Below, piece after piece: positions 40,601 through 41,082 of a DNA stretch of 41,082 nt. Origin of the DNA: a virus; IMG/VR virus record IMGVR_UViG_3300030238_000004, positions 1-41,082 of that record. The stretch is one strand, 5' to 3'. Position 1 is the stretch's first letter; each line of letters opens with the position of its first letter. Made by a program: the position numbers and the translations under genes. The notes under the pieces were generated by a model. It was not told the DNA's origin, made no database searches, and saw nothing but the letters and a program-made list of their open reading frames with translations.

Positions 40601-41082
40601 TAAGTTTAGCTTGTAGATGTTCTTTAGAATCCACGTTCTTCAATAAAGCTTCATAAGCTGTAGATGGTAGACCAGAGTCAATGATAGTCTTACGGTCTTC
40701 ATCATCAGGAGTATAGAACATACCTTGGTCTGGTGCAATTTGAGCAAGACCTTTAGATACACTTCCTGTCTCAAGACCAACCATAAGACCAGTACCCATG
40801 ACACTTGTACCAGCACCTACAGCAGCAGAATCAACAAGACTCCAATCATCATCGGCAATCTGATATTCAGTAGCTTTGCTATTAGCATCACCACCTTGCA
40901 TCAAGATGTTCAAATCTGTAGGCATCATTGAGGAATCTGGTTGTTCTTTAGGTTCTTTAGGTTCAGGGATAAGTTCACCACCACTTGTATCCAGTTTATT
41001 ATGATGAGTATCCTTAGTATCAAATAGATTCTGGAAGTTGTCATCAGCAGCACTGAAAGGAACATCACGAGGTGCGGTCTTA
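37638..41082 (-). CDS. Internal virion/ejection protein (T7 gp16-like), C-terminal ~1115 codons. The true start is ATG 602 across the junction, giving 1315 aa in total.
   Basis: The frame stays open upstream of the listed ATG 40928 to the window end. LDKYAMNYAYGV...LPDGTEWSPFKL...SVNGQIAINAVTGK parallels recalled T7 gp16 VEKYAMDKAYGI...MPDGQQFSVNDL...RVNGDIAIMGSTGK. 1315 aa vs 1318. Confidence 0.85.
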   Translation of the reverse strand, partial: KTAPRDVPFSAADDNFQNLFDTKDTHHNKLDTSGGELIPEPKEPKEQPDSSMMPTDLNILMQGGDANSKATEYQIADDDWSLVDSAAVGAGTSVMGTGLMVGLETGSVSKGLAQIAPDQGMFYTPDDEDRKTIIDSGLPSTAYEALLKNVDSKEHLQAKLKVIQQNVKFQDKVNEQGMSHQVAMGLGDFTGDPFSYVPLGYANLANKAFKGTKIINNRLVPQLAESLTTTYLSEKYLRNGITGVEADVGGALIGATVMVTGMAGVSKGLDSMMRRVSNSETALNTGREDPTYNTADMHPQGERTVVDEDTEVLQSGRVMTRGIIDEPVAGEARSDLRFWQHDSITTALKDKATASTAMLFDTPVQGFKDTEFTTSAPTINNVVRNLNDRDNEVFSLWDDYREAEFQRGQSLGKYQSLEDVDVEFKMILDNHDNMDLTTLTPSQKIMIKAYQEFATRHAEFIKDPSRVSGKQGAPAVAENMIDDMNWRTRTYNRLAVNEFVSKFDNPEAAQRMFADAIKKAFHEDMNAARKAYNEKVIREELEVVAEGELAADVLPDELLDKYAMNYAYGVINNGNTTMFDTDMFEGTTTRKTDHFKTRMNIPLHGKVNLPDGTEWSPFKLEYNDFGAQMRSYSTSVNGQIAINAVTGKHVKDFSKEIDAMAKQSEGGKALKSMLDNVLRNSPYDKYTNIDVASDTLRDATLGLTSAMTHTANMVEVFGNLHRQGVVPAAMKHIVKALGKDLQKIMRMQPKTLKREFGTMMMGKALTRRMNMTREDYVNQLMTRVDKSDNASKALANLRYGVALTVDKLPWVRAMRYIHEGMIDAGNQVALDEMLRVSRGMVKGRMLKDTSIVSDKFLQANNIPREVADKAIAHLKLLPDGIDVKTEDLPSDFDMTSWMNSPDTMNVMRLVHAFNDELMAKTDNVGQTLVQPSGAFGRLFWMYKRFATVSTQILSRNAGEIKDLGRVGRMVGVLTAGGLATMHYVGTTVYKASAIDDKYEREKYLDDNLSLDKIAAASLKRHPMLAGWNMIYDGFGGMVNAPYAGIGKTTFEDVAGTYAGRGETSQSFLADVTRNGLGMVAPARVVGAAGAATFNAGHLAWNALDDEHLRYNQEKNVEKALYKSLETFVPNEPHMRKLYKQLTTLFQE
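40984..41082. repeat. Terminal assembly overlap (identical to 1-99)
   Basis: Exact 99-nt identity with the window start. Confidence 0.95.

Overview
The window is a complete genome of a T7-like (Autographiviridae-type) lytic podophage. It is circularly permuted and given as the reverse complement of the usual T7 map. Nt 1-99 are identical to nt 40984-41082. This is an assembly overlap inside a coding region, so the non-redundant unit is 40,983 bp and the gp16-like gene wraps the window junction. All credible genes (about 49) are on the - strand, in near-T7 order. Early region: three sigma70-type promoters, a small membrane protein, a SAM lyase (T3 0.3-like), a protein kinase (0.7-like) and the single-subunit RNAP. 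Middle region: ligase, gp2-like host RNAP inhibitor, primase/helicase, SSB, endonuclease I, amidase, DNAP and exonuclease. Late region: portal, scaffold, capsid, tail tube A/B, internal virion proteins, tail fiber, holin, and small and large terminase. A repeat-rich concatemer-junction region follows at about 28.4-29.66 kb. I find 24 copies of a phage-specific promoter (consensus AATTAACACCCACTATAGGGAGA), 9 conserved intergenic stem-loops resembling RNase III sites, and two hairpin+U terminators. Extra content relative to T7 is three nucleoside/nucleotide kinases, four intact plus one decayed HNH homing endonuclease, a 6-TM VUT/YhhQ-like membrane protein plus a small lipoprotein at the spanin locus, and a small zinc-ribbon ORF. 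Four observations stand out. (1) One consensus promoter points against every gene, as half of a perfect inverted repeat in front of the RNAP gene. (2) A ~130-150 bp direct repeat (promoter + leader + terminase 3' end) is shared by the post-RNAP intergenic region and the right end. (3) gp16 precedes gp15. (4) Several frame breaks sit at short homopolymers (holin, HNH, two small ORFs) and need read-level verification. I saw no tRNA, CRISPR, integrase or lysogeny functions. All homology statements come from my recall of T7/T3/T4 protein sequences and motifs, not from a database search.
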